From IMG/VR virus record IMGVR_UViG_3300043446_005562, positions 186,001-250,000 of that record: a stretch of 64,000 nucleotides of DNA. One strand, 5' to 3'. A program made the position numbers and the translations under genes. The notes beneath the pieces are model-generated. The model was not told the origin of the DNA. It made no database searches and saw nothing but the letters and a program-made list of their open reading frames with translations. Position 1 is the stretch's first letter. Every line of letters begins with the position of its first letter. Of this stretch, positions 1 to 9,722 are shown piece after piece.

Positions 1-430
1 CCCATTTGTCAAGGGTCGCCTTGTCCTGAATGGTCTCTTTCATTTCGCCCTTATCATCAAGCACATGAATGTAGCTTAGGATAAGTCCATTTTTGGGCAA
101 TCGGTCGTAGGCAATGGTCTGGGCTTTTGGGCTGGTAAACCATTCCATGCCAAAATGATAGTTTTCTGGAATCTGGGCTATGGTATCAGCCCCAAGGTTC
201 TCAAAATGTCTAATAGCCGGTTCAAAGTAACGACTGAGTACTCGATCGATGTACGTAATTTCAGCGTTCCTTTTAAAGAAGCGGAACTTACTCGTATTAG
301 GATCTTTTTGGGCGCCAAAGAAGGCCCCATCCATTTTTTCATTTACAATTACAGTTTTGTTTAAAAGGCCATCTAAGAAGTCCTTTCCGCGTTTGTCATA
401 AACGTCTCTTAAGTGTGATAGTCCTGGCAT
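1..430 (-). CDS. Partial ORF (runs off left edge, absent from ORF track): ligase/nucleotidyltransferase-like protein
   Basis: ATG at 430 reads MPGLSHLRDVYDKRGKDFLDGLLNKTVIVNEKMDGAFF..., open to position 1; EKMDG matches the KxDG motif I of RNA/DNA ligases. Confidence 0.55.
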   Translation of the reverse strand, partial: MPGLSHLRDVYDKRGKDFLDGLLNKTVIVNEKMDGAFFGAQKDPNTSKFRFFKRNAEITYIDRVLSRYFEPAIRHFENLGADTIAQIPENYHFGMEWFTSPKAQTIAYDRLPKNGLILSYIHVLDDKGEMKETIQDKATLDKW

Positions 431-435
431 AGTAT

Positions 436-1032
436 TTAGTCTAGTGAACCGAAATCGCCTCTGCTCATAGCTGCGGCAAATTCTCTATCGGCTTTTGAAT
501 CTTTAGCGATATTAAGCCCGATAACGCGCTCGGCAATTTCCGGATTTTGTTTTAAAAATTTAATTAGGGCTCCTGTATCAATGTCCTGGTATTCTCCAGA
601 TCCACCAAATTCAACAAGCTCTTTTTCTAACCTAAACATTGGCGATCTATTAGTCAGCTCAAGGTGCCAAATGCTAAACGTTATGATTTGACCGTTGCGC
701 TCCATGTGATCGGCCATATCTGTCAAATCTTTGACTACGTCAGCTAACGCGTATTCCTTGTCCATTGCCCTGTCCCATTCGTTCCATTGCTTTCCATCAA
801 CCTTTATGTTGATTGGAGTAGATGCGTTGGAGAATCCGGGCACCAATACAGTTTCCAGATTTGGGCACAGTTCAAATATTTCAGCCAGATCCACTGCAAA
901 ATCCTCAATAGTTTCGCCCCTTAGACCGTGATCAGGTAGAAGACCCTTTGCTTTTAACCAGGCTCTGCGCTGTCTGTGAGCTGATTCGGCTATAAATTCG
1001 GTGAATCCTTTAAGATTTTTCATGCAAGACAC
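436..1032 (-). CDS. Hypothetical protein with N-terminal capsid-targeting-like motif (probable start at 1023)
   Basis: MKNLKGFTEFIAE resembles the T4 internal-protein CTS. Confidence 0.65.
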   Translation of the reverse strand: MSCMKNLKGFTEFIAESAHRQRRAWLKAKGLLPDHGLRGETIEDFAVDLAEIFELCPNLETVLVPGFSNASTPINIKVDGKQWNEWDRAMDKEYALADVVKDLTDMADHMERNGQIITFSIWHLELTNRSPMFRLEKELVEFGGSGEYQDIDTGALIKFLKQNPEIAERVIGLNIAKDSKADREFAAAMSRGDFGSLD

Positions 1033-1039
1033 TTTCTTG

Positions 1040-1648
1040 TTATTTATTAGGCTCGATGCCTAAAAGTCTGTAACACTCAGCATTAAAGCTCTGGGCTGAT
1101 GCTGAATCAAAATGATTGAATGAAATGCTTAGGCCGTTATTTGAGCTTGAATTTGCAAGCCAGGTATTGCCAATATCCAATAGATGTGCCATGGTCGACT
1201 GTTCTTCTTGGGTTGAATGAGCTCCATCCCAAGTGTCCTTGGCTCTAGCTGAATCGCCGGTTTGGCCTGCAACCGATACGACCAGAGTTTTGCAATTTTT
1301 AAATAGATCAGAACTTAAGAGCGAAAAGTACTCTAACTCGGCTTTAGTTTTAGACAATCTGCCTCTAAGAATTGCCCATGTGTATGCTGAAACAATCGCT
1401 CGATCAAATATCCAAATCTTATCTTTGTATTCGGGCCGCTGATTCATTTCCATAATGGTCATGATGTTGCCAAGGCTAAAGTAGTGTAGGCTCGGACTCT
1501 TTTCATCGGAGACCATATCAAGAGTCTTGATGTGATTTGCGAAATAGAACTTGTAATACTCTAACCTTGGATCAGAGCACTCTTTTAAAAAGTTATTGAT
1601 TAAAAATGTTTTGCCCGAGTGTCTTGGGCCCTCAATGAATAATATCAT
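1040..1648 (-). CDS. P-loop nucleotide/NMP kinase-like protein
   Basis: N-terminal FIEGPRHSGKT Walker A and IFDRA motif typical of thymidylate/deoxynucleoside kinases. Confidence 0.65.
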   Translation of the reverse strand: MILFIEGPRHSGKTFLINNFLKECSDPRLEYYKFYFANHIKTLDMVSDEKSPSLHYFSLGNIMTIMEMNQRPEYKDKIWIFDRAIVSAYTWAILRGRLSKTKAELEYFSLLSSDLFKNCKTLVVSVAGQTGDSARAKDTWDGAHSTQEEQSTMAHLLDIGNTWLANSSSNNGLSISFNHFDSASAQSFNAECYRLLGIEPNK

Positions 1649-2175
1649 ACAATTCTAAGACGATCGGTCTCAGCAAATTCTTCAAGTGAACGCGCTGTAT
1701 CCCAATCAATTTTAATTATTTTACTCTTATCTACGAAAATAAAGTCGATATCGATGTTCAAGCCGGCGTCTAGGAACCAGGCTGTGTACTTTATGATCTC
1801 ATACAGGGAATCCTCAAAGATTGTAATTGAGGTGGCTTCATTTTGCCGAATCAAATCAATCGCTAATTCAGCCTTTTCGCCTTCCCGGCCCAAAAAGAAG
1901 GTTTTTTCAAATCTAATCTTGTGCTCGGCCAACAGCTCAATCACCCTTGGCTGACAAGCTTTCACTCGATGGGTTATCAAGTAGTTTAGGGCGTCATCTT
2001 GGGTTCTTTCAATTGTATTTTGAATGCCTCGAATGTTGAACTTTTGGTCTAGCGACTCCGGTGAGTCAAACCATTCGTAAGGCAACTTGCCCTTGGCCTC
2101 ACTGCATGTGTAGCCGGGTACCCTGAATAGGGTTTCATCAAAATCAAATACGTTAATGTGCACTTTAGTTTCCAT
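1645..2175 (-). CDS. HAD-superfamily phosphatase
   Basis: VFDFDETLF motif I, ITHR motif II, IFEDS motif IV. Confidence 0.7.
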   Translation of the reverse strand: METKVHINVFDFDETLFRVPGYTCSEAKGKLPYEWFDSPESLDQKFNIRGIQNTIERTQDDALNYLITHRVKACQPRVIELLAEHKIRFEKTFFLGREGEKAELAIDLIRQNEATSITIFEDSLYEIIKYTAWFLDAGLNIDIDFIFVDKSKIIKIDWDTARSLEEFAETDRLRIV

Positions 2176-2233
2176 GCAGTTCTTTTACTGATAAATAAAC
2201 TTGTAGTTTTAATTATAATGTACCAAATCTAGT

Positions 2234-2704
2234 ATGTCAAGAATCCTAAGAACAACCCGCGAATACAACGGCAACCGGTATCATCTGGTTAGGGACTGCG
2301 TGCAGCATCAGAAGCCATTCGCGATCTATAATTTCACTTCTTCCAAGCAGTACGATCAGTTCTTGAGCGATCTGGACTCATTTGGCAAGCTTAATTACTG
2401 CGTGCAGACCATTACTTCACTGGCAGAGGTTCACAAACAGATTAGAATGGTGTATCCCAGCATTTTTGTGACCAATGAGGGCACTGATGTTAAGATCGAT
2501 GACTTCAAAAAGATCATAAAGGGCTCAATCTCCCACTATAAACTGGATTCCATTGTGTGTCTGTACGACGGCACAGTATCAGTCTTCTACAAGAACGGTC
2601 AACATCACTCAATCGGCAATACCATCTACTCAAGCAATCAAATCAATGAATTTAACAGCGATTTCTATCAAATCGAGAGCACGTATTATACCTTCATAAT
2701 GTAA
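2234..2704 (+). CDS. Hypothetical protein
   Basis: 156-aa ORF, GATAAATA late-promoter-like motif upstream. Confidence 0.6.
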   Translation: MSRILRTTREYNGNRYHLVRDCVQHQKPFAIYNFTSSKQYDQFLSDLDSFGKLNYCVQTITSLAEVHKQIRMVYPSIFVTNEGTDVKIDDFKKIIKGSISHYKLDSIVCLYDGTVSVFYKNGQHHSIGNTIYSSNQINEFNSDFYQIESTYYTFIM

Positions 2705-2737
2705 AACTTAAAGGGTTTTTTAGGTAAAATACTTGTA

Positions 2738-3184
2738 ATGGAAGAACTTACACCCCAACCAAAAAGAACGATCGCCGAGGTCTTTCGTAGCAAACGAGAG
2801 GATTATTCCGGCGAAATTTATACTGGCATTAAGTTATTGGAAAACGTTCGCAAGATTCCAGAGGCCCAAGTGACATTTTTAAGTCTCAGACAGCGAATCT
2901 TAGAAGAAAATCACACTCTGATTGAGCACTTTACCAATTTAAAAAAGAGCTATCGTGAAAAAAAGGGTGAGGAATGGATTGAGGCCTCAAAGAGCAGCCA
3001 GCTACGATTTAATTCCAACGAAAAGACCACAATCGTGGACGGTAAAACCGCAACGATTAAGGAAAAATTAGAACAGATTGAAAATCAAATCGGCTTCTAT
3101 TCAGAATCCATAAAAACAATAGACGCCGTCCTATTTGGGATAAAAACGCGTATTGATGTTCAAAAACTATTGGATGGACATTAA
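2738..3184 (+). CDS. UvsY-like recombination mediator (putative)
   Basis: 148-aa helical/coiled-coil protein directly upstream of UvsW, as in T4-like synteny. Confidence 0.45.
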   Translation: MEELTPQPKRTIAEVFRSKREDYSGEIYTGIKLLENVRKIPEAQVTFLSLRQRILEENHTLIEHFTNLKKSYREKKGEEWIEASKSSQLRFNSNEKTTIVDGKTATIKEKLEQIENQIGFYSESIKTIDAVLFGIKTRIDVQKLLDGH

Positions 3185-3199
3185 AATTATCCAACATGA

Positions 3200-4729
3200 T
3201 TGTTAACTTTTAAACTTGCTTCAGATAAACAGCATTTACAGCTAATAAGCCACGATACCAAAGGCGAATTAAAGGATTTGCAACTCTATTTTAGAAAGAG
3301 ACAAAAAGGCTATCACTTTAATAAACTATATCAACGTAAGCTGTGGGACGGTTACGATAAATTCATTGATAAGGACCTAAAAATCGGCGTGGGTCTTTGG
3401 AAAGAGATCTTGAATTTCGGTAAGAAATACGAATACGAAATTAATATTGACGGTCTCGACAATCTCTTAAATCTATCATTTACCAAGGATCAATTGGACA
3501 AGTTTGCGTCAGTTTTACTTGATGGGACTGGCATTGACGTTCGCGATTATCAATTGGAAGCGGCTCATCGTGCCCTAAAATACAAGTTCTGTTCTCAAGA
3601 GCTTGCAACCTCAGCCGGAAAGACCTTAATCCTATTTCTATATCTCTCCTTTCTTAAGCGTAAGGGCGTAATTTCCAGAGAAAAAAAGGCGCTAATCGTT
3701 GTTCCCAATATTTCGCTGGTTGGCCAAACCGCTGAGAAATTTGAGAAAGATTACAAAACTGGCCTGCTTGATTGGACCGTTCTGCAAATCGGCGGCTCCA
3801 ATAAATATTCAGATAAATTATTCGAGGACTCGGACCTAGTTATCTCAACCTATCAGAGTCTAAAGAACCGAGACGCTTCATTTTTTGAGAAATTTAGTTG
3901 TCTCTGTATTGATGAGGCTCACACAAGTCGAGGCAATTCAATCCGGGATATTCTGCTTGCCTGTAAGAACGTCGAATACAAATTGGGTCTCTCGGGTACA
4001 ATTAAAATCGAGGAAGAGTACTCTGACTTTTTTAAGATTCAGGAATTCTTGGGTCCATTGAGTATGGTGCTCAAGTCTAATTTTCTGATTGAACAGCAAC
4101 ACTCGCCAAATGTCTACATCAAGATGCTTTCGCTTCAGTATCCGGAGTCTGAACCGTTCGTTAAGAAGTATCTGGAATTACGTGAGCGTGGCCAAGCTGG
4201 TAAGGAACTCTTTACTGCCGAGCGGGAATTTATTGTATCGTACGAACCTAGAATCAATTTTATTGCGAGCCTATGCAAAAAATTAGAAGGCAATAAGCTC
4301 ATCCTATTCATTAATGTCAAGGACCAATACGGTCAGCGAATTTGCGATAAGATCCGGGAAGAGAATCCCAATGCCTACTACATTGATGGAGGCGTTGGCG
4401 ATAAGGATCGAAGCGATTACAAGGAGAACATGGAAAGGGGTCAAGGAGTTGTGCTCATTGCCTCATACGGAACCTTCTCAACTGGTATTGACCTTAAGAA
4501 CGTGAATCACATTATTTTTGCGGAGAGCTACAAATCCGAAATCACAATTCGTCAGTCAATTGGTCGAGGCATGCGTAAACTCGCTGGCAAACATCAAGTC
4601 GTTGTTTACGATCTCATTGACGATCTTGATGGCTATATTGTAAAACACGGTCAAGCTAGAGAAAAGATCTACAAGAAGGAACAGTTCATTCTTTCAAAAC
4701 ATTCATTTGATTTGGGCAAGTTCCTATAA
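3200..4729 (+). CDS. uvsW: UvsW-like SF2 DNA helicase
   Basis: RDYQ Q-motif, ATSAGKT Walker A, DEAH, GLSGT, TFSTGID and QSIGRGMR motifs; about 500 aa. Confidence 0.9.
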   Translation: MLTFKLASDKQHLQLISHDTKGELKDLQLYFRKRQKGYHFNKLYQRKLWDGYDKFIDKDLKIGVGLWKEILNFGKKYEYEINIDGLDNLLNLSFTKDQLDKFASVLLDGTGIDVRDYQLEAAHRALKYKFCSQELATSAGKTLILFLYLSFLKRKGVISREKKALIVVPNISLVGQTAEKFEKDYKTGLLDWTVLQIGGSNKYSDKLFEDSDLVISTYQSLKNRDASFFEKFSCLCIDEAHTSRGNSIRDILLACKNVEYKLGLSGTIKIEEEYSDFFKIQEFLGPLSMVLKSNFLIEQQHSPNVYIKMLSLQYPESEPFVKKYLELRERGQAGKELFTAEREFIVSYEPRINFIASLCKKLEGNKLILFINVKDQYGQRICDKIREENPNAYYIDGGVGDKDRSDYKENMERGQGVVLIASYGTFSTGIDLKNVNHIIFAESYKSEITIRQSIGRGMRKLAGKHQVVVYDLIDDLDGYIVKHGQAREKIYKKEQFILSKHSFDLGKFL

Positions 4730-4733
4730 AAGC

Positions 4734-4784
4734 GAAAACCTCCCGGATAGCGATATCGAGAGGTTTTCAATAGCCGAGGCTATT
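4734..4784. terminator. Twin hairpins between convergent genes (bidirectional terminator-like)
   Basis: GAAAACCTC/GAGGTTTTC and AATAGCC/GGCTATT inverted repeats. Confidence 0.6.
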
Positions 4785-4801
4785 ACGGCCCTAAGTCCGT
4801 A

Positions 4802-5587
4802 TTATCTTTCTTGAATTTGTTCTATTGCCCATTCGGTGAACCACTTTTGGGCGCTCTGGGCAAATTTCCTAGGTCGTTCGCTAATTTCTCTTAGATCATT
4901 CCAAATCTGTTCAGCTCTAGCCTTTTCTTTTGTCAGCGCTTCGCGTATATGATCCGCGTCCTTTTTAAAGTACTCTAGTTGATCAGGAGTCTCAGCTAGA
5001 CCGAGTTTAACAAGTCTCAAGAATTTTGGATCATGCGCAAGCTTAATTAGTTCGGCCCACCAATCTTCATCCTCCTTTGCTTCAGTCTTAGTATCATGAT
5101 AAGTCATTAGATCATCTTCAATTGAATTAATAAACGCTTCGCCGCTTACATCGGGCACAATGATCAACCAGCCGCCGCTGTTGCCGCCCCAACCAGTATT
5201 TTCAATCCACGAATAGTACTCCTGAATATCCTCCTGAAAGAATTCACGCTGATCCTCAATCCAACTCCACCACATGCTGTCCAATTCATCATCACTTAGT
5301 TCTTCTTCAGTCATTCCAACTCCATGTCGGATTGCATCAAAATCCGGCCATGTATGAATTTTTGCGTCTATTGCAAAGTGATCCTCTCTAAAATTACGGC
5401 CTTCCCTATTCCACCAATACTCGTTTTCAAGTTCTCCCCACATGCGCTGAACTTCGTCCATTAGCTCAGGAATTCCTTCTTCAAAATAAAAGTCCTGATA
5501 GTCTTGACCGTAATCTCTAGCCAGAGACATGTCTTGTTCTTGCCATCGACGTATTTCAGTAATAAATTGTGTGAACGTCTTTACCAT
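4802..5587 (-). CDS. Acidic hypothetical protein with CTS-like N-terminus
   Basis: MVKTFTQFITE. Confidence 0.7.
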   Translation of the reverse strand: MVKTFTQFITEIRRWQEQDMSLARDYGQDYQDFYFEEGIPELMDEVQRMWGELENEYWWNREGRNFREDHFAIDAKIHTWPDFDAIRHGVGMTEEELSDDELDSMWWSWIEDQREFFQEDIQEYYSWIENTGWGGNSGGWLIIVPDVSGEAFINSIEDDLMTYHDTKTEAKEDEDWWAELIKLAHDPKFLRLVKLGLAETPDQLEYFKKDADHIREALTKEKARAEQIWNDLREISERPRKFAQSAQKWFTEWAIEQIQER

Positions 5588-5952
5588 TATCTACCCATTT
5601 TGCTTATTTCTATTGCCTGTAGTTGTTTGATTGCCTTTTCTCGACTGGGATGAGTTCCCAATACCTTTTTACCACTCTTATCAGTTACGACCCATTTGTT
5701 ACCGCGCTTAAGCACCTTTTCATTTAGTGCTTGATATTCAGAAAAACGAATAACTCGATTTTCGGATAGGGCGGGTTCCATTATAGCTTGTGGTTTTGGC
5801 TGTTGTATTGAGATGGACTCAACCTTATTCACAAGTTCACTAACCTTATCCCTAATCAATTCTAATTTTTGAATTTGATCTTGCGTCAACGATTCATTAG
5901 ACTCTTCAACAACAAAGAGATATTCAATAAAAGAATCGAGCTGATTTTCCAT
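5587..5952 (-). CDS. Hypothetical protein with basic C-terminal domain after an internal CTS-like motif
   Basis: RVIRFSEYQALNE followed by KRGNKWVVTDKSGKKVLGTH. Confidence 0.65.
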   Translation of the reverse strand: MENQLDSFIEYLFVVEESNESLTQDQIQKLELIRDKVSELVNKVESISIQQPKPQAIMEPALSENRVIRFSEYQALNEKVLKRGNKWVVTDKSGKKVLGTHPSREKAIKQLQAIEISKMGR

Positions 5953-5954
5953 GG

Positions 5955-6563
5955 TTAAATTGATATTTTTGAAGCAATTACCAAGCCAAGTATAAGCTTA
6001 GTATAAATTAATTGAAAATGATAATAGGTCAAAATGATGGAGTACTCTTCCTTGCTCAGGCTCACCAGACCCTTTTTTAAATTTAGATGACCTAGGTGAT
6101 TTAGGACGCGAATCATCTGATTCTTGTCACGAATTAGACTTGCTAAAATCTCGCCCATCGTTGAGTAACTCAAGCTTGTTCGATTGTCCTGAATAAGCCC
6201 GCACCAGTCCTCTGCTGCCTCAACTGCGTCTCGTTTAGCCAGAATGTCCTTTGATTTAAGACCTCGATTTATGGTTTTAAGAATTCGGTCAAGATCCTTG
6301 ATTTTTGAGGCAACCTCGCTAATCCAGTAGAGTTCCTGTTCAAAAATAACGATTGCAATATTACTCTTTTCCCGTGTATAGCTAAATTTAATCAGCTTTG
6401 GGTCTATTGGTCTAATCAGAGCAACTTCATCCTCTTCAAATAAAAAGCTAGGAGACTTTGGCATTTCGCCAATCTCTATCTCAAATTCACCAAACGGGAA
6501 GTTCTGCAGAAACGGATACTTCTTTGTGAGTATCCTAGATTGCTTACTGGGTGAAATTATCAT
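5955..6563 (-). CDS. Hypothetical protein
   Basis: 202-aa ORF tightly packed, AATAAATA motif upstream. Confidence 0.6.
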   Translation of the reverse strand: MIISPSKQSRILTKKYPFLQNFPFGEFEIEIGEMPKSPSFLFEEDEVALIRPIDPKLIKFSYTREKSNIAIVIFEQELYWISEVASKIKDLDRILKTINRGLKSKDILAKRDAVEAAEDWCGLIQDNRTSLSYSTMGEILASLIRDKNQMIRVLNHLGHLNLKKGLVSLSKEEYSIILTYYHFQLIYTKLILGLVIASKISI

Positions 6564-6629
6564 CCTTGTACTTTTTGGTTATTTATTTGGTACATTAAAC
6601 CAAAATACTCTTTATTAATACAAGACTGC

Positions 6630-8087
6630 ATGCAGAATAATCTCGAACATCAAATCAAGTCACTAGATCTTAAACAGAATGCCATTAAGATCTTGATTAA
6701 CTCATTTTACGGAGCCTTCGGTAACCGATATTTCTATTTTCATAACAATGATATTGCGCAGTCAATCACGCTGCAAGGCCAAGACCTAATCAAATTTTCA
6801 ATTCGTGCGGTGAATCACTATTTCACCAATAAGTGGCATCTTGATACCGAATTACACCAAAAATTAGGTATTGCCGGTCGAAGAATAACTCCAATCACAA
6901 AAGAGGCCGCAATCTACACAGATACTGATTCTGTCTATTTGTGTTTTGACTATGCAATCCAATCGGTTGAGGGTCTGTCCATGACCAATCAAGAGTCCCT
7001 AGAATTCTGCTTGGCAATCAATCGCCATCGGCTTAAGGAGTATTTTGAACAAGCCTTTGAAAAGTATTCAACTCATTTCAATACGGATAATCGTCAAAAT
7101 TTCGAGCTTGAGAATCTCTCCAAGTCTGGCATTTGGCTTGCAAAAAAGAAGTATATCTTAAAGGTATCTTACAAGGACAACAAGCATGAAAAGCTATTAG
7201 ACAAAGAGTCACTAATCATCAAAGGTCTAGAGGCAATTCAGGCATCATATCCAATCTGGGCTAGAAATCACCTGCAGTCTCTCTATTCATATCTATTGGA
7301 TATTGGATATGCGCTTGACCTTGAGAAAGATCTTATTCCAAAACTCTCTGATCTTCGTAAAGAGTGCGATGCTCTCTCAGTCGAAGAGGCATCATTCAAC
7401 TTTTCAGTACGAGTATACGAAGACTACCTAAAAAGTCTGGTTCCATTGGTTATGGAAAAGGGTATGCCGATCTACGGCCGTGCTGCAGCGTATCACAATC
7501 ACCTAATTAAAAAGAATAATAGTCAAAAGTACGCTTTGATTAGAAGTGGTTCAAAGATTAAATTCTATTACGCAGCTCCAAACGAGCATGATTTTGATAT
7601 CTTTGCCTACGCGCCAGGCGCCTTTCCCGAAGAGTTGGCTGTGCCGCTTGATCGTGAACAACAGTTCTTTAGATTAATCGTTGAGCCAATCAATAAATTA
7701 CTTGTTGCAATGGGCTATCCTGAATTAACGCCAGGTTTAACTCGTAAGATTGAAATCATTAAGTCAAGAAGTCGTAAGGCTGAGTTCACCGCTGAAGAGA
7801 CATATCCTCTCTACTCGGTCAATGCTGAGACCCTTGAATACGCCGAGATTCCAGCAAGCTGTCAAGAATACGTGAGTAATCCTGACCTAAAGGTTCCAGC
7901 CGAACTCTTTACCGTTTATATTTCAGCAATCTCTAAATTTGGACTAAATACAGTAATTGTGCCAAATCATGAATTGCATAAGTATCGAGAAAGAGTTGCA
8001 AAGAAGAAAGGGCTTGAGATTGAATTGCCAAAGCCCGAACCCAAACCCAAAAAGACCAAAGCGGTAAAAGAAGTAAATGAAGCGTGA
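6630..8087 (+). CDS. Family B DNA polymerase, C-terminal (fingers/palm/thumb) subunit only; gp43B-like
   Basis: KILINSFYG (region III), ITLQGQ, YTDTDS (region I), KKKY; no exonuclease or region II. Confidence 0.9.
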   Translation: MQNNLEHQIKSLDLKQNAIKILINSFYGAFGNRYFYFHNNDIAQSITLQGQDLIKFSIRAVNHYFTNKWHLDTELHQKLGIAGRRITPITKEAAIYTDTDSVYLCFDYAIQSVEGLSMTNQESLEFCLAINRHRLKEYFEQAFEKYSTHFNTDNRQNFELENLSKSGIWLAKKKYILKVSYKDNKHEKLLDKESLIIKGLEAIQASYPIWARNHLQSLYSYLLDIGYALDLEKDLIPKLSDLRKECDALSVEEASFNFSVRVYEDYLKSLVPLVMEKGMPIYGRAAAYHNHLIKKNNSQKYALIRSGSKIKFYYAAPNEHDFDIFAYAPGAFPEELAVPLDREQQFFRLIVEPINKLLVAMGYPELTPGLTRKIEIIKSRSRKAEFTAEETYPLYSVNAETLEYAEIPASCQEYVSNPDLKVPAELFTVYISAISKFGLNTVIVPNHELHKYRERVAKKKGLEIELPKPEPKPKKTKAVKEVNEA

Positions 8088-9198
8088 AGAAGTAGTCTAT
8101 TTTATTGAAACTCTGCTCAGAAAGAGATTTCACGATAATCTTGAAAAACAAAAGATCGAGGACGATTCGGATCGCAAGCTTAATTTTGCTTGCCCAATCT
8201 GCGGAGACTCTGAGAAAAAATCTTCAAAGAAGCGTGGTAATCTCTATCTAGACACAGGCGCCTACAAGTGTTTTAACGACGGTTGTATGGCATACATGAC
8301 GCTTGGCGAGTTTGTTGCAAAGATGAGTCGCGAGCACGGCATCATGTTGCCAAGCTTTGTGATGGACATTGAGTACAAACCTGCCAGGGTAAAAAGAGAT
8401 GACAATCAGCTCATCAGATTCTTGACATCAGACACTGGCGAATTGGTTAAGATCACCGATATCATAAACAGATTTAGCCTTAGACGACTTGATCAGATTG
8501 AGGGCGAGTCTCGTGCGCTTGACTATATTAAGGGTCGAGACCTCAATCTTATTGAGGATTTTGGCGATTGCCTCTATACGGATCCATCAGACAGTCGAGT
8601 CTATATTTTCAACTTTGATAAAAAATCCGGTCGAGTGTTGGGATTTTCAATGAGAAGTCTCAATCCAAACGCTGAACGAAAATACATAATCAAATCGTAT
8701 ACCGACCTGGCGACAGTATTCATTCAAAAGAACATTTCTAAACAGCTGGTTGAGGATGCCAATTTTTTAAACAACTACTTTAATATCTTGAACGTTGATT
8801 TCTCCAAGCCAATTCTAATGGCGGAGGGTCAATTTGACTCCCTGCTACTCTCTAACTGTATTGCAACTTCCGGCGTTAGTAAAGCTCGCAGCATTCTTTC
8901 AAATCTTGGCGCAAAGAGCGGAGTTCGAATCATATTCGATAGGGATAAGGCAGGCCGTACTCAAATGATGCAGTTCATTAAGCAGGGTTACTCAATATTT
9001 TTGTGGAATAAAGCGCTTAACGAAATTAAATCAATGTGCGAGAGCGCATCCGAATACATCAGCCTAGCTCACATAAAGGACATAAATGATCTTTTTTCGT
9101 TTATTCGTAAAAAGAAGCCCGATTACACTCTTGAAAAATTTAACTCTTGGATCAATGGTAATTTTAGCGAGACCGTCTACGACATGGTCTACCTATAA
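8077..9198 (+). CDS. DNA primase (T4 gp61-like)
   Basis: CPICGDS...CFNDGC zinc ribbon; TOPRIM motifs EGQFDS and DRDKAG. Confidence 0.85.
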   Translation: MKREEVVYFIETLLRKRFHDNLEKQKIEDDSDRKLNFACPICGDSEKKSSKKRGNLYLDTGAYKCFNDGCMAYMTLGEFVAKMSREHGIMLPSFVMDIEYKPARVKRDDNQLIRFLTSDTGELVKITDIINRFSLRRLDQIEGESRALDYIKGRDLNLIEDFGDCLYTDPSDSRVYIFNFDKKSGRVLGFSMRSLNPNAERKYIIKSYTDLATVFIQKNISKQLVEDANFLNNYFNILNVDFSKPILMAEGQFDSLLLSNCIATSGVSKARSILSNLGAKSGVRIIFDRDKAGRTQMMQFIKQGYSIFLWNKALNEIKSMCESASEYISLAHIKDINDLFSFIRKKKPDYTLEKFNSWINGNFSETVYDMVYL

Positions 9199-9201
9199 AT
9201 A
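9194..9201 (+). promoter_or_regulatory. T4-type late promoter TATAAATA
   Basis: Exact TATAAATA just upstream of the head-completion/portal genes; also at 50799-50806 (+), 17010-17017, 27291-27298 and 39156-39163 (-). Confidence 0.65.
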
Positions 9202-9206
9202 ACCTT

Positions 9207-9713
9207 ATGAAACCTAAAGAGACCAAGAGCATTAAGACATTTTTAAAGCCCAGAGCGGGTGCAATTAGACAAGGCTATTTCAAACCGGCAAATCCTAACA
9301 AGTATTTAGGGGACCCTAACCAGATCATTTTTAGATCAAGCTGGGAATTCAAGTTTTTAAAATGGTGCGATTCAAGCCCAACGATTATTGCCTATTCCTC
9401 TGAACCTGTCGGTATTGTCTACTACAGCCCACTGGACAAGCGTGGTCATACCTATTACGTTGATTTTTACATTGTGACAAAGGACAGTGAAGGTAACGAA
9501 CAAAAATGGCTTATTGAGGTCAAGCCCAATAAGTACGTCAAGCCACCGACCGCTCCTGAGCGCATGACCAACAAACAGACTGCAAATTACGTTTATGCAG
9601 CCAAGCAGTACATCATAAATCAGGCCAAATTTGAAGCGGCCAAGGATTTTGCAGCCCAACGGGGTCTTAAATTCGGCATAATAACCGAAAACTTTCTGTT
9701 CAAATCAATATAA
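9207..9713 (+). CDS. Head completion nuclease (T4 gp4-like, TnsA fold)
   Basis: KYLGDPNQIIFRSSWE, YYVDF, IEVKP, KFEAA...FGIITE motifs. Confidence 0.85.
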   Translation: MKPKETKSIKTFLKPRAGAIRQGYFKPANPNKYLGDPNQIIFRSSWEFKFLKWCDSSPTIIAYSSEPVGIVYYSPLDKRGHTYYVDFYIVTKDSEGNEQKWLIEVKPNKYVKPPTAPERMTNKQTANYVYAAKQYIINQAKFEAAKDFAAQRGLKFGIITENFLFKSI

Positions 9714-9722
9714 AAGACTATT

